From Coleofasciculus sp. B1-GNL1-01 (lineage in GTDB: Bacteria; Cyanobacteriota; Cyanobacteriia; Cyanobacteriales; Coleofasciculaceae), in NCBI GenBank assembly GCA_040220235.1, contig JAVJTO010000088.1: 64,000 bases of DNA; one strand, written 5' to 3'. Shown one piece after another: positions 1-10,585 of this stretch. How positions within the stretch are numbered: position 1 is the stretch's first letter; the number at the start of each line of letters is the position of its first letter. The notes below the pieces were generated by a model. The model was not told where the DNA came from. It saw nothing but the letters and a program-made list of their open reading frames with translations, and made no database searches. The translations under genes were made by a program, and so were the position numbers.

Positions 1-1211
1 TAGATATCCAAACCCAACTCCAAACCCTGGATAGCCAACTGCAACAACTAAACTACAACGAACAAACCCACGCCCTCGCACGCGGAGAAGTCGATCGGTG
101 GCGATGGGCGGAAATCCGCCAAGCCAAACTCGAAGACGCCCAGCGACGCTTAGAGAAAATTCAGGAACAAAAACCCCAACTGCAAGCCCAACTCGATCAG
201 CTAAACCAATCCCTAGAGGAGTTACAAACCACCTCTCCCCTCAAACAGCAACTCGACGTGATCGAGTCACAAATTAGCGAAATTGGCTACAACTTAGACA
301 CCCACAACCAACTCCGCACCTCCCTGCGACACGCCCAATCTTGGCAACTGCGTCATCAAGAATTAACCAAAGCCCAAGAACATTATCCCCAACTCTGTCA
401 ACGATTAGACAGCCTGACTCAAACCCTCGCCCAACGACAAGGCGATCGCGAAACTCTCAATTCACAACTTGCCGAAATTGTCAAGCAATTGGAACAGTAT
501 CCCGACACCAGCCGCGACATCCAAAGCTTGGAACAGCGCATCCTTCAGCGACGCCGACAACTCGACGAACACCTATCCCAAATTGGGCGTTTACAACAGC
601 GCTTAACTCAACTGGATACCCTGAAAACTCAATATCAAGAACAAGAGGAACAAGTTAAAACCCTAAAACGGCAATATCGAGTGCATCAGGAACTCGCCAA
701 AGCCTTTGGCAAAAACGGGATTCAAACGCTGATGATTGAGAACATTTTACCGCAATTAGAGGCAGAAACCAATCAAATTTTATCCCGACTCACCGGAAAT
801 CAGTTACACGTCCAAATTGTCACCCAAAAAGCCGGAAAACGGGCATCCAAGCGAAAAAGTAAACTCATCGACACCCTGGATATTTTAATCGCCGACGCTA
901 GCGGAACCCGCCCTTATGAAACCTATTCTGGCGGTGAAGCCTTCCGGATTAACTTTGCCATTCGCCTCGCCTTAGCCCGACTCTTAGCGCAGCGGGCGGG
1001 AACCTCCTTGCAAATGCTGATTGTCGATGAAGGCTTTGGTACGCAAGACGCCGAAGGGTGCGAACGATTGATTGCGGCAATTAACGCGATCGCATCCGAC
1101 TTTGCCTGTATCTTAACCGTAACCCACATGCCCCAATTTAAGGAAGCCTTTCAGACACGAATTGAAGTGCAAAAAACCGAGCAAGGTTCACAGTTAAGTT
1201 TACTGATGTAA
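1..1211 (+). CDS. sbcC: SbcC/Rad50-type SMC ATPase, C-terminal part (5' end outside window)
   Basis: Coiled coil followed by ABC signature YSGGE, Walker B/D-loop LIVDEGFGTQD and H-loop VTH. Confidence 0.9.
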   Translation, partial: DIQTQLQTLDSQLQQLNYNEQTHALARGEVDRWRWAEIRQAKLEDAQRRLEKIQEQKPQLQAQLDQLNQSLEELQTTSPLKQQLDVIESQISEIGYNLDTHNQLRTSLRHAQSWQLRHQELTKAQEHYPQLCQRLDSLTQTLAQRQGDRETLNSQLAEIVKQLEQYPDTSRDIQSLEQRILQRRRQLDEHLSQIGRLQQRLTQLDTLKTQYQEQEEQVKTLKRQYRVHQELAKAFGKNGIQTLMIENILPQLEAETNQILSRLTGNQLHVQIVTQKAGKRASKRKSKLIDTLDILIADASGTRPYETYSGGEAFRINFAIRLALARLLAQRAGTSLQMLIVDEGFGTQDAEGCERLIAAINAIASDFACILTVTHMPQFKEAFQTRIEVQKTEQGSQLSLLM

Positions 1212-1220
1212 CGCTTAAAA

Positions 1221-1402
1221 TTATTGAGCTGGACGATTTACTCGAATCACTTTTCCCCTTAAGGAGTCTTCCAGATATAGCAAATCGCTAGGCGTGTATT
1301 TACAACTCCCGTACCTGAAGCTGAGTCCAGATGAGATGTTCGTACACACAAAGTGTAACTAGACCAGCGCGAAGCGCTATAAATGGCTTAAAGACGTGCC
1401 AT
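1221..1402 (-). pseudogene. Remnant of DUF5615/PIN-like toxin downstream of DUF433 antitoxin
   Basis: ATG at 1402 reads MARL then TAA; middle replaced by a MITE; C-terminal tail LEDSLRGKVIRVNRPAQ* at 1274-1221. Confidence 0.6.
1276..1381. mobile_element. MITE with TATAGC...GCTATA termini
   Basis: Short terminal inverted repeat with TA ends, non-coding. Confidence 0.55.
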
Positions 1403-1405
1403 TAA

Positions 1406-1732
1406 TCAATCTTCTTCGTTCTGTCGAATAACGAGTTCAATCTCATCAGCATAGACTTCAGCATAAATCCATGCATTCACTAAATCAGCAGCCGATAACG
1501 TGGGATAATCTTGTAGAAGTTGAGCTTCACTAATCCCTAAACGGCGAGCATCGGCTAACACCCAAACCGGAATGCGAGTATTGGCAATGCAGGCTGTTCC
1601 CCCACAGACACCAGGGTTTTTTTCAATTCCCTTCCAATTGTTATTGAAACTTTGGGTGAGGAGGTGAATAGCTTGAGCTTTTTCAGTTGGCTTTAGAGCA
1701 AGCAACTGCGTTTCTAACTCTTTAATGTTCAT
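1406..1732 (-). CDS. DUF433 domain antitoxin-like protein
   Basis: PGVCGGTACIANTRIPVW...LLQDYPTLS motif. Confidence 0.85.
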   Translation of the reverse strand: MNIKELETQLLALKPTEKAQAIHLLTQSFNNNWKGIEKNPGVCGGTACIANTRIPVWVLADARRLGISEAQLLQDYPTLSAADLVNAWIYAEVYADEIELVIRQNEED

Positions 1733-2043
1733 TATTATAAATTATGAATTCTGGATAAAACAGAAAGTGATACATCAGTAAGTAAGCCTTACACCCCTAC
1801 ATTCGGGTAAACATAATCGGTTTGAGAAATGCTATATTATCATTGTCCAATAAAAACGGCAATAGGGAAGTGTAAGAATGTCCTAACCTGCATTGGTAAG
1901 GTGATAAAACCCTCATCGATCAAAAGTTTGTTAATGTAGCTGTTTTTCTTTCCAGAAAACGCCGACTTTATCTGATTTTGTCATCTAGCAAGGCAAACAA
2001 ATAGCTATCCGTTAGAATTCGAGTGAGAGGAAACTTGAATCCT

Positions 2044-2445
2044 ATGACCCAAACCATTACCCTGCAAATCCCAGAGCCACTCTACCAACGGCTTGTCCAT
2101 ACTGCCCACGCTACTAACCGCCCTCTAGAGGATGTCATGCTCCACGCACTGAAAGTGGGCAGTCCCCCTGATTGGAATAATGTACCCGATGAGTTTCAGG
2201 TTGACCTAGCTGCTTTGGACAGAATGGAAGATGAGGCATTATGGAAAATTGCTCAAAGTCGAAAGACTGTAGCCGATATGGAGCGGTACAATATCCTACT
2301 CGATCGCAATCAAGAGGGTACACTGACGGATGCCGAACGAACGGAACTAACAGCACTACGAACCGAGGCAGACTGCTTCATGCTGCGGAAAGCACAGGCA
2401 GCTGCACTACTGCGCTGGCGCGGACATCATGTACCTTTGCCCTAA
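2044..2445 (+). CDS. Putative antitoxin/DNA-binding protein paired with HNH nuclease
   Basis: RHH-like N-terminus (ITLQIPEPLYQRL); 6 bp upstream of HNH gene; ATG at 2044. Confidence 0.65.
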   Translation: MTQTITLQIPEPLYQRLVHTAHATNRPLEDVMLHALKVGSPPDWNNVPDEFQVDLAALDRMEDEALWKIAQSRKTVADMERYNILLDRNQEGTLTDAERTELTALRTEADCFMLRKAQAAALLRWRGHHVPLP

Positions 2446-2451
2446 TTTCTT

Positions 2452-2877
2452 GTGTCTACCTATATCCCTGAAAGACTAAAAGCTCAAATTGAAGCGTGCG
2501 ATCGCCACCGTTGCTGCTACTGTTTGACCAGTGAAACCAATAGCGGCATTCCCATGACCTACGATCATATCTTGCCCTGCTCAAAAGGCGGAGCGACAAC
2601 CTTTGAAAATCTCTGCCTTGCTTGTCGTACCTGCAATGAATTTAAGTCTGACACCACAGAAGCCGAAGATCCGCTAACTGGAGAAACTGTGCCACTTTTC
2701 AACCCACGCACTCAGAAGTGGACTGACCACTTTACCTGGAGTCTGGACAGCACCAGAGTAGAAGGGTTAACTGCTACAGGTTGCGCCACCATTACGGCAT
2801 TGCGAATGAACAACCCCATCATTGTGTCTGCGCGTTGGCGCTGGACAATCAGTGGTTGGCATCCTCCTGCTGATTGA
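2452..2877 (+). CDS. HNH endonuclease
   Basis: CCYC...DHILPCSKGG...NLCLACRTCN; LFNPRTQKW. Confidence 0.9.
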   Translation: MSTYIPERLKAQIEACDRHRCCYCLTSETNSGIPMTYDHILPCSKGGATTFENLCLACRTCNEFKSDTTEAEDPLTGETVPLFNPRTQKWTDHFTWSLDSTRVEGLTATGCATITALRMNNPIIVSARWRWTISGWHPPAD

Positions 2878-2921
2878 CACTTGAGCGATCGCTCCTTTAG
2901 CCATTACAGCAGTTTTCAAGT

Positions 2922-3028
2922 TATAGCACTACGCATTGAGGTTAGGACAATAAAATTGGGTGAAAAGGCAACAGGCAATAGGCAATAGGCAACAGAGAAA
3001 TGTCCTAACGTATCCCCGTAGTGCTATA
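2922..3028. mobile_element. MITE family A (TATAGCACTACG TIR)
   Basis: TATAGCACTACG...CGTAGTGCTATA, internal AGGCAAT heptamers; relatives at 13733-13860 and 50877-51029. Confidence 0.75.
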
Positions 3029-3123
3029 CTAGACTACGAAAGCAATCATTTCGATTTAGCGTTAAAACCGCTTGGTATATTTCACAGGCTTGAGAACTGC
3101 TATATTAGCATTATCCATTACGA

Positions 3124-3747
3124 TCACTCTTCACGCCAAGTAAACTGAATTTGCTCATCAGCCTGTCTAAACTCAATATTAAACCGATCAAAAACAACTT
3201 CCCGCCCCAAGAGCAATTGTTCTGCACCTGTAACGCTTTGTAACCAAGCGACAGGAGCGATAAAACTGTGTCCATCAATCGTCATTTCCACATTACGCAG
3301 AACATACTCAACCGTTCCCCCAATCGTCTCCGCTAATAACGTTGATTCAGCATCCGCTAAACTGTAGCCTAAATCTTGACCTACCTTTAAAGAAATTAAA
3401 CTAATTTCCGCCCCAGAGTCCACTAACATTGTAGTAGAAACCTCCAAATCCTTATGCTTAAGCCTGACATGATAATTCGGCAACCAGTCATGGCGAGCCA
3501 CTGTGCGAAAGCGAATTGGTAAAATCTGGATAGAAGCCGTGCTGCGTGGCACTAAATAAATAGCAAACGTCTCGCCTGATGCCGTAGCTATGTCCAAAAC
3601 GTCTCGCAAACTTTCACTATGAGCAATGACACGATGGTCATTATAAGCCACATATTGATTCCGATATAAATCCAACAAAGTGTGCCGATTTTTATTCAGC
3701 CACTTCAACATTTGCTCACTTTCACGCTTAGATGGCATTTTAGTCAT
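3124..3747 (-). CDS. DUF5678-like domain fused to retropepsin-like aspartic protease
   Basis: N-terminal YRNQYVAY..VIAH module; catalytic LVDSGA; LLGRE motif. Confidence 0.75.
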   Translation of the reverse strand: MTKMPSKRESEQMLKWLNKNRHTLLDLYRNQYVAYNDHRVIAHSESLRDVLDIATASGETFAIYLVPRSTASIQILPIRFRTVARHDWLPNYHVRLKHKDLEVSTTMLVDSGAEISLISLKVGQDLGYSLADAESTLLAETIGGTVEYVLRNVEMTIDGHSFIAPVAWLQSVTGAEQLLLGREVVFDRFNIEFRQADEQIQFTWREE

Positions 3748-3920
3748 AGCTTATCAAAGGAAATCCTTTCAACTATCGAAAACGACACTATTCACCGTTG
3801 TTTCCGAACCCAATAAAATACCCTCCCAATCCGGCAAACCCCCTCTGCGTCCCTCTGCGTAAACCTCTGCGTACCTCTGCGTTAAAAAAACAAAATTATC
3901 ATCCATAAAACCCTCATCAA

Positions 3921-4694
3921 TCAAAACGGCGATAAAAACCGTAAAAGTAGTGAACCAATCCCCACAAGCGCATTCCCAAACGAAGGGCGAGAACGAACTT
4001 CCGGAGGATTTTGGGCAATTTCCACCATAGCGATCAGATTCTGTGAGGCTTGGAAACCCACCGGGTTTTCTTGAGTCGTAAACAGCTGACTCGCCACTTC
4101 AGCATCTCGGATTGCACCGCCGTGATTACTTAAGCGAAATTGGGCAATTCCCCGGGCTAAATAGGCGGGAGCAAAATCTGCTTTTAGATTCAGGGCTTGA
4201 TTATAATGTTCAATAGCCGCTTGATAGTTTCCCCGTTCAGCTTCAATCACACCCCAAGCATAAAAATCTTCAGCGGTTCCGGCATACTCAGGAAGACCAA
4301 TTGTTCCTTGAATATAAGCGCTACTGAGATCCGTACCAAACAGTTGTGCATTCACCAGATACGCATCTCTGAGATCCGTTCCCACTAAAATAGCGCCACT
4401 AAGATTCGCCCCCGTTAAGTTCGCACCATTGAGAGACGCGCCACTGAGATTTGCCCCAGTGAGATCCGCCCCCGTCAAATTTGCCCGACTCAGATTAGCG
4501 CGACTCAAATCTGCCCCACTCAAGTTTGCCCCGACTAATTCTGCCATGACTAAACCTGCATCGGCGAGATCGCATCCGGGACAGGTTTTGGTGGAGAGTA
4601 CCTTTTGGATATTTTGCAGATTTTCCGCCAAGGCGCTGGTATTCAGAGTAATGGCGGTGAAAATAGCAGCCGTGGTTATAAGTATGGGTTTCAT
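3921..4694 (-). CDS. Pentapeptide-repeat/TPR protein with signal peptide
   Basis: CPGCDL followed by A(N/D)LXX repeats, then TPR motifs. Confidence 0.9.
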   Translation of the reverse strand: MKPILITTAAIFTAITLNTSALAENLQNIQKVLSTKTCPGCDLADAGLVMAELVGANLSGADLSRANLSRANLTGADLTGANLSGASLNGANLTGANLSGAILVGTDLRDAYLVNAQLFGTDLSSAYIQGTIGLPEYAGTAEDFYAWGVIEAERGNYQAAIEHYNQALNLKADFAPAYLARGIAQFRLSNHGGAIRDAEVASQLFTTQENPVGFQASQNLIAMVEIAQNPPEVRSRPSFGNALVGIGSLLLRFLSPF

Positions 4695-4838
4695 AGCACG
4701 ATGACGGGGTGAATGGGGCTAAAGGTTCTACGCGATCGCAGTACTTGGGATTGGGGTATACCTTTGACTGAGTTAGGGCGGGTTTAGTTACATCCGGGTG
4801 ACAACCTACGATACCGATAAAACCCGCCCCTACAGAAA

Positions 4839-5429
4839 TCAACACTCAGAATTCTTGTCAGCTACACCTGCTAATAATTCTAATTCACTCACCACCCGAT
4901 CCAATTCGTCAATGATTGGCGTAGATTCCTGGGTGCGAAAGGCTTCAATTAAGGAACGGTAATACCAAAGTGTACCGTCTTTACCCCCATGAAAGCGTTG
5001 CCATAAATTATCTCCTAAAATGCGATAATCTTTAAGAATTGACCAAGCATTATGCAGCTTATCAGCAGCAGACACTAAACGCACCGAAGCCGAGGCTGTG
5101 GGAATATGGGCAATATAAGCCGCTTTGCGCTGACGCCAAGGGGGTTTAGGTGTGGTGTCAGCGTCGGTACACCCATCGACAATCTCCGTGATAGTATCCC
5201 CAAAGCGGCGGCGAATTTCCTCACGGGTTGCTGCACCACCTTGGTCTTCAATGGCATCATGGAGAAGCGCCGCGATCGCTTCCTCTTCATTTGCCCCATA
5301 TTCTAAGGCAATACTAGAAACGGCTAACAGGTGGGCGATGTAGGGAACGCCATTCCCTTTCCGGGTTTGGTTGGCGTGCAGTTCAGTAGCAAAGGTTAAG
5401 GCGTCGGTAAACCGTTGGGAGAGTTTCAT
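4839..5429 (-). CDS. HD-domain protein, Mesh1/small alarmone hydrolase-like
   Basis: HANQTRK..PYIAH..AALLHDAIED..ADKLHN. Confidence 0.85.
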   Translation of the reverse strand: MKLSQRFTDALTFATELHANQTRKGNGVPYIAHLLAVSSIALEYGANEEEAIAALLHDAIEDQGGAATREEIRRRFGDTITEIVDGCTDADTTPKPPWRQRKAAYIAHIPTASASVRLVSAADKLHNAWSILKDYRILGDNLWQRFHGGKDGTLWYYRSLIEAFRTQESTPIIDELDRVVSELELLAGVADKNSEC

Positions 5430-5470
5430 GGAAAAATTAGGACAAAATCTAACTTAAAGTAGTAACAATT

Positions 5471-5953
5471 GTGACTGAATTTCTAGCAAACAATCTACCG
5501 AAGATATGGATTGCGTCTTATTCCGAAGCCAGCCAACTCTTAGCTTCCGAGACAGGAGACGCGATCGCGCATATCATCTCGATTGGCGAACCCGGTAGTA
5601 CCCCTCCCGCCGGTTACACCCAAGTTCCTCACCGACTGCGGTTAGAGTTTGATGATATTGTGGCTTTAAATCATCATGAACCCGACTATGTTTTAGCTAC
5701 ATCTGAGCATATTCGTCAAGTCATTGACTTCGTACCGATAATTTCTCAGGAAGGCGGAGATGTTCTCATCCATTGCCAAGCTGGGATCAGCCGATCAGCC
5801 GCGATCGCTTTAACAATTTATGCCATCCTCTTGGGGGCGGGTCAAGAGGAGGAAGCCTTATCCCTAGTTCTAGAAAATAGACCTCAAGCCGTACCAAATA
5901 TTTGGATTGCCCAATTAGCCGATGAAGCCTTAGGTCGTTTGTCTAAGAATTAG
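5471..5953 (+). CDS. Predicted protein tyrosine/dual-specificity phosphatase
   Basis: HCQAGISRS P-loop; FDD acid loop; RPQAVPN. Confidence 0.85.
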   Translation: MTEFLANNLPKIWIASYSEASQLLASETGDAIAHIISIGEPGSTPPAGYTQVPHRLRLEFDDIVALNHHEPDYVLATSEHIRQVIDFVPIISQEGGDVLIHCQAGISRSAAIALTIYAILLGAGQEEEALSLVLENRPQAVPNIWIAQLADEALGRLSKN

Positions 5954-6707
5954 AGTGACAACCTTTCTGCAAAATAAAAATCATAGAAGGACTGGTTTCA
6001 CTGTTGAATTCTGAATAGGAATAATCACCATACACAGCCACTATTTTGTAACCCGCTTTCTGCGCCATTTCCTCAAAGTCTTGCTTTTGGATCAGGCAAA
6101 ACTGCATATTCAGGAGGCGCTTAGATTGCAAAAACCCATGGTGATCATAGATTTCGTAGAACTGAGTGCGATCAACAATGCAGTGATTCGATTGCTGTTT
6201 TTCCAGTCCCCAGAACAGGAGTTGTTGCTTTTCCAGACTGTACGTTCCCTCTAAACGCAGAGAACCATCGACCAATTTTAACCGGACATTAGGATTATGT
6301 AAAGTACAGATAAGTCGCCCACCTTCACGCAAATGGTTGTGAATTGATTGGAGTGTACTCTCTTGGTCTTTCTTTGACAACAGTTCCGAAAATGAATTGA
6401 ACGGAATAATCGCTAAATCAAAACACTCTTGCAGATTCAACTCTCGCACATCAGCCCGCTGAATCCTAGCAGACAACCCCTTTTGTACCAGCTTCTTTTG
6501 CAGAACAGCTAGTATTTGCGCTGAAGCATCCACACAAACCAGGGAAACGCCAGCCTCTAATAAAGGAATCGAGACGCGACCCGTTCCCGCCATCAATTCG
6601 AGGATTTGACCTGATACGTTACAGGTTTCTCGAATAAAGAAGGAAATATCAATATCACTATGGACATAGATATCATACAACTCGGCGACTCGATCCCACT
6701 CAATCAT
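5943..6707 (-). CDS. Class I SAM-dependent methyltransferase
   Basis: ILELMAGTGRV motif I. Confidence 0.85.
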   Translation of the reverse strand: MIEWDRVAELYDIYVHSDIDISFFIRETCNVSGQILELMAGTGRVSIPLLEAGVSLVCVDASAQILAVLQKKLVQKGLSARIQRADVRELNLQECFDLAIIPFNSFSELLSKKDQESTLQSIHNHLREGGRLICTLHNPNVRLKLVDGSLRLEGTYSLEKQQLLFWGLEKQQSNHCIVDRTQFYEIYDHHGFLQSKRLLNMQFCLIQKQDFEEMAQKAGYKIVAVYGDYSYSEFNSETSPSMIFILQKGCHSNS

Positions 6708-6717
6708 TTTTTTCTAG

Positions 6718-7488
6718 TTACAACGGCTGAATATCATTAAACCGAATCCTTGTATCTGCCACAGGTTTTTCTTCCGGATTTTCCTCCTTTGCATATCGAA
6801 TCGTCCGGTTCGTTAACAAATAGTAGTTGCCCACCTTTTCATGAAAATCTCGCACATCTTCTTTTTCCAGAACTTCATCGGTTTGGGCATCGCGAAACGT
6901 AGTTTTAAAGTGACTGACTAAATACCCCTCTGGCGTTTTAGTCGTACCTAGGGTGTCAACGGTTACGGCTACATCTCCAAAGCTACGATTTACTTGAGTG
7001 ATTACATCTCCTTTAACCTTATAGTATGAATTATCACCCATCTCATTAATTTTTAACGCGCCATACTCGTCTTTCCCCTTTAACTCAAAGTCATTGTTTC
7101 CATGCAACTGTTCAAATGGTATCTGGCGACGGTGAATGATTTCCATCTTAACCGTATTGGCGACCAAATCACGTAAATCTTCCGGTTCAACATTAATGAC
7201 ATCCACACTTAAATCCGGTTGAACCCGAACGATTCCTTGGTCAATATCTCCCTGGTGCGTAATCGAAACCTCTGCGGAATAACCTGGAAAATTTTTATCC
7301 CAGGTATAGCGCTGATTGTATGCATTGCGAAACGCTTCGCTGGCTGATACTGTAGCGATTTGAGTTGGATGAGTTTTTGAGATAGACTGAGCATTTACAC
7401 TTGCAGGTAGTCCAAAGACGCAGCTAATACTAGCGATAATTAAACTTAAACTCCAACAGATGATGCGATGCTGTAATTGCTGTGTCAT
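6718..7488 (-). CDS. DUF3386 family protein with signal peptide
   Basis: AFRNAYNQRYTWDKNFPGY, IHRR motifs. Confidence 0.8.
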   Translation of the reverse strand: MTQQLQHRIICWSLSLIIASISCVFGLPASVNAQSISKTHPTQIATVSASEAFRNAYNQRYTWDKNFPGYSAEVSITHQGDIDQGIVRVQPDLSVDVINVEPEDLRDLVANTVKMEIIHRRQIPFEQLHGNNDFELKGKDEYGALKINEMGDNSYYKVKGDVITQVNRSFGDVAVTVDTLGTTKTPEGYLVSHFKTTFRDAQTDEVLEKEDVRDFHEKVGNYYLLTNRTIRYAKEENPEEKPVADTRIRFNDIQPL

Positions 7489-7581
7489 GATTTTAATTGG
7501 CTATCGACATTGAGGATAAATCTCCATTTTACAAGGGGATGCCCATCAGCATGAGGTCACTGATTTTCTCCCCCATATCCC

Positions 7582-8361
7582 TTAATTATCTGGGTCTTCT
7601 CCTAACTCCCGCAATCGTGCGGCTAAACGTTCGGCGCGTTGGCGTTCAGTTTCGGCACGTTGACGTTCGGCTTCGGCGCGTTGGCGTTCAGATTCAGCCC
7701 GCTGACGTTCAGCTTCTTCGGGTAATAAAACTAAATTCCCTTCTGAGTCATAAAATCGTAACCACGGTGCTGTTTCTCGGCTTATTGTTCCTTGCCAAAT
7801 TCCTAACCATAAGCCTAAGGTTTCGCACCATAACCATCCTGACTCATTCGGAACCAACGGTTGATAACGGAAATTTGCATCCAACCGCCATCCTTGTAAA
7901 GAGTCGGGATTAAACGGGTCAAAGACGAAATAATCGGGTGTTCTAAAGGTTCCTTCGTAAATATCCTTTTTTGCCCCAATATCCGCATTGGCTGTAGACG
8001 CCGACATCAGTTCAATAATCACATCCGGGTAACGCCCTTCTTCATCCCAGACTACCCAACCTTGGCGAGAACGGCTTCCATCCACATTCAATACCACAAA
8101 AAAATCCGGTCCTCGAAAGTCCCGATTGCGTGCCTGGGTGCGACTATAATAAATGAACATATTGCCACCCACAAAATAATCCTCGCGCTGTGCCAAGACT
8201 TGGTGGGTTAACTGAATCAATAGATTCATGGCAATGCGGTGGCGGTTACTTTCCAAGGGTTCTCCATCATCAAAAATTAAATCAGTGGGTGGCATTTGGG
8301 GTTCCCAATCCACCACGGGAGGTGTTGGGGAACTTTGAGTTTGAGTTGTCTCTGTTGACAT
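7582..8361 (-). CDS. Uma2 (DUF820) family endonuclease
   Basis: DGEPLES..H, GPDFFVV, PDVIIELMS; C-terminal AERQRAE repeats. Confidence 0.9.
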   Translation of the reverse strand: MSTETTQTQSSPTPPVVDWEPQMPPTDLIFDDGEPLESNRHRIAMNLLIQLTHQVLAQREDYFVGGNMFIYYSRTQARNRDFRGPDFFVVLNVDGSRSRQGWVVWDEEGRYPDVIIELMSASTANADIGAKKDIYEGTFRTPDYFVFDPFNPDSLQGWRLDANFRYQPLVPNESGWLWCETLGLWLGIWQGTISRETAPWLRFYDSEGNLVLLPEEAERQRAESERQRAEAERQRAETERQRAERLAARLRELGEDPDN

Positions 8362-8429
8362 AATCCAACTCCTCCATCTGTAAAATTCTGTCTTCTTATG
8401 GTATCGCGTTTCTGGTAATAGGTAAGTAA

Positions 8430-8531
8430 TATCATGTCCGGTTGAATACCCATAATTACAGTGATGGGGAGTAGAGGCTTGGTTACCAGATCCCTACATT
8501 TTTATTAGGGGTGAGAAAGCCGGACATCATA
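8430..8531. mobile_element. MITE with TATCATGTCCGG termini
   Basis: TATCATGTCCGG ... CCGGACATCATA imperfect TIR; an isolated end also near 26340-26357. Confidence 0.55.
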
Positions 8532-8637
8532 TAAGTAGTCGGACAAGAGAAAACGTTACACCTACTTAGAAACTTCTGCGGTGACAGGAAAGTCTTGGTA
8601 GAAACGATGAAAGCTGATAGCGTGAGACAGAGGAAAA

Positions 8638-10491
8638 TTGGATTTGGGTGATTATACATTGAAAACCCGTTCTCATTACTGGCAACTGTTGCCTTATCTT
8701 CGCCCTCAAGGAGTTACCATTGGGCAAGCCTTAGCTTGTACTGTGGGATTTGTCGCCGTGTGGCCCCTCCTAGCTTGGCTAGCGGGGCGGATTGCGGCTT
8801 ATGTGGGACAAGGAAATGTGGGCGCGATCGCACAAGTTGCCGGAATTGCTGCTTTAATTTTCTTGGGTCAGAAGCTGGCACAGTATGGGCAAGATACCCT
8901 CATGGCAAAGGCGGCTTTGTCGATTACACTGGATTTGCGGAAAAATGTCTACGCCCACCTGCAAACCCTGAGTCTGGACTACTTTGAAACCACCAGAACC
9001 GGGGACTTATCCTATCGACTCACTGAGGACATTGACCGCATTGGTGAGGTGGTGAACAAGTTCTTTCACCAGTTTCTCCCCAGTGTCTTACAGTTGATTG
9101 CGGTCTTCGCTTATGTGGTTTACCTGAATTGGCAACTTACCCTGGGTATTATACTCATTGCCCCACTGATGGGTCTATTAATTGGCTGGTTTGGCGAACG
9201 GATGCGCCAATTTTCCCGGCGGAGTCAAAATCGGGTGTCGGATTTATCGGCGTTGCTGATTGAAGTCTTTAGTGGGATTCGGTTAGTCCAAGCGTTTGCG
9301 GCTGAAGACTACACATTAGAGCGATTTAGTCAAGAGGCAGAACACAATCGGAAAGCTAAGTATGCGGCGGAACGGTTAAAGGCGATTCAGTTTCCGGTGG
9401 TGGGGTTTCTGGAGGCGATGTGTTTGTTATTAGTCTTTTTACTGGGGGGATGGCAAATTGCCCAAGGTAACTTAACGGGGAGTGAATTTGTCAGCTACGG
9501 GGCGGCGGTTGCCATGCTCATTGATCCAATCGCGATCGTTACCAGTAACTATAACGAATTTAAGCAAGGTGAGGCATCGGTTGATCGCATCTTTGAACTG
9601 TTTGCGATTGTGCCAACGGTGATCGAAAAAGAGGGGGCGATGACTCTACCCCCGGTTACGGGTAAAGTCGAATATCGTCAGATTAGCTTTGCCTACACTC
9701 AAGCCCAAGAGAACTTAGAAAGGGCGGGTTTTGAGGAAACGTTATCATCAATCGCCAAAGATCAAGACGCGCCATGGCAAGACGTGCCATGGCACGTCTC
9801 TACAGGTAAAACGCCTTGGGTGCTAAAAGACTTAAGTTTTCTGGTTCAGCCAGGAGATGCGATCGCACTGGTTGGCGCATCGGGTGCGGGTAAAACCACA
9901 TTAGTTAATTTACTCCCCCGTTTCTATGATCCGCAAGCCGGAGAAATCCTCATCGATGGGATTAATATTCGAAACGTTACCCTAAAAAGCCTACGGCGAC
10001 AGATAGGCATTGTTCCCCAGGAAACCACCCTATTTTCTGGCACAATTGCTCAAAATATTGCCTTTGGTCAAAAAGACTTTGACCTAGACGCTGTTCAAGA
10101 CGCCGCCAAAATCGCCAATGCCCACCAATTTATTATCCAATTCTCCCAAGGGTATCACACCTGGGTGGGAGAACGGGGGATTAACCTATCTGGGGGACAA
10201 CGACAACGACTTGCGATCGCGCGGGCGGTTCTTCTGAATCCCAGTATTCTTATCTTAGATGAAGCCACCTCCGCCTTGGATTCAGAATCAGAAGCCTTAG
10301 TTCAAGAAGCCTTAGACCGGATTATGAAAGAGCGCACCGTCTTTATCATCGCGCATCGCCTCACCACGGTGCGCCGCGCTGACCGAATTTTGGTGATGGA
10401 ACAGGGACAGATTATCGAGTCAGGAACCCATGCCGAATTGTTAGAGCGAGGGGGACGTTATGCGCGATTCTATGCTCAACAGTTTACTTAG
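8638..10491 (+). CDS. ABC transporter ATP-binding/permease (MsbA-like exporter)
   Basis: TM domain, Walker A GASGAGKT, LSGGQRQ, ILDEATSALD. Confidence 0.92.
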   Translation: MDLGDYTLKTRSHYWQLLPYLRPQGVTIGQALACTVGFVAVWPLLAWLAGRIAAYVGQGNVGAIAQVAGIAALIFLGQKLAQYGQDTLMAKAALSITLDLRKNVYAHLQTLSLDYFETTRTGDLSYRLTEDIDRIGEVVNKFFHQFLPSVLQLIAVFAYVVYLNWQLTLGIILIAPLMGLLIGWFGERMRQFSRRSQNRVSDLSALLIEVFSGIRLVQAFAAEDYTLERFSQEAEHNRKAKYAAERLKAIQFPVVGFLEAMCLLLVFLLGGWQIAQGNLTGSEFVSYGAAVAMLIDPIAIVTSNYNEFKQGEASVDRIFELFAIVPTVIEKEGAMTLPPVTGKVEYRQISFAYTQAQENLERAGFEETLSSIAKDQDAPWQDVPWHVSTGKTPWVLKDLSFLVQPGDAIALVGASGAGKTTLVNLLPRFYDPQAGEILIDGINIRNVTLKSLRRQIGIVPQETTLFSGTIAQNIAFGQKDFDLDAVQDAAKIANAHQFIIQFSQGYHTWVGERGINLSGGQRQRLAIARAVLLNPSILILDEATSALDSESEALVQEALDRIMKERTVFIIAHRLTTVRRADRILVMEQGQIIESGTHAELLERGGRYARFYAQQFT

Positions 10492-10515
10492 GGTCTGCTG
10501 ATGGTGGGGTTAGAG

Positions 10516-10572
10516 AGCAGGGGAAGCTGGGGAAGCTGGGGGAGCAGGGGAAGCAGAGGGAGCTGGGGGAGA
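10516..10572 (+). repeat. 9-nt short tandem repeat (GGGGAAGCW-type STRR)
   Basis: About six imperfect copies between convergent genes. Confidence 0.8.
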
Positions 10573-10585
10573 GGAGGGCAAATCT

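Noticed and set aside
7497..7913. 138-aa ORF with VRRVGVQ repeats
   Set aside because: Antisense shadow of the Uma2 C-terminal repeats
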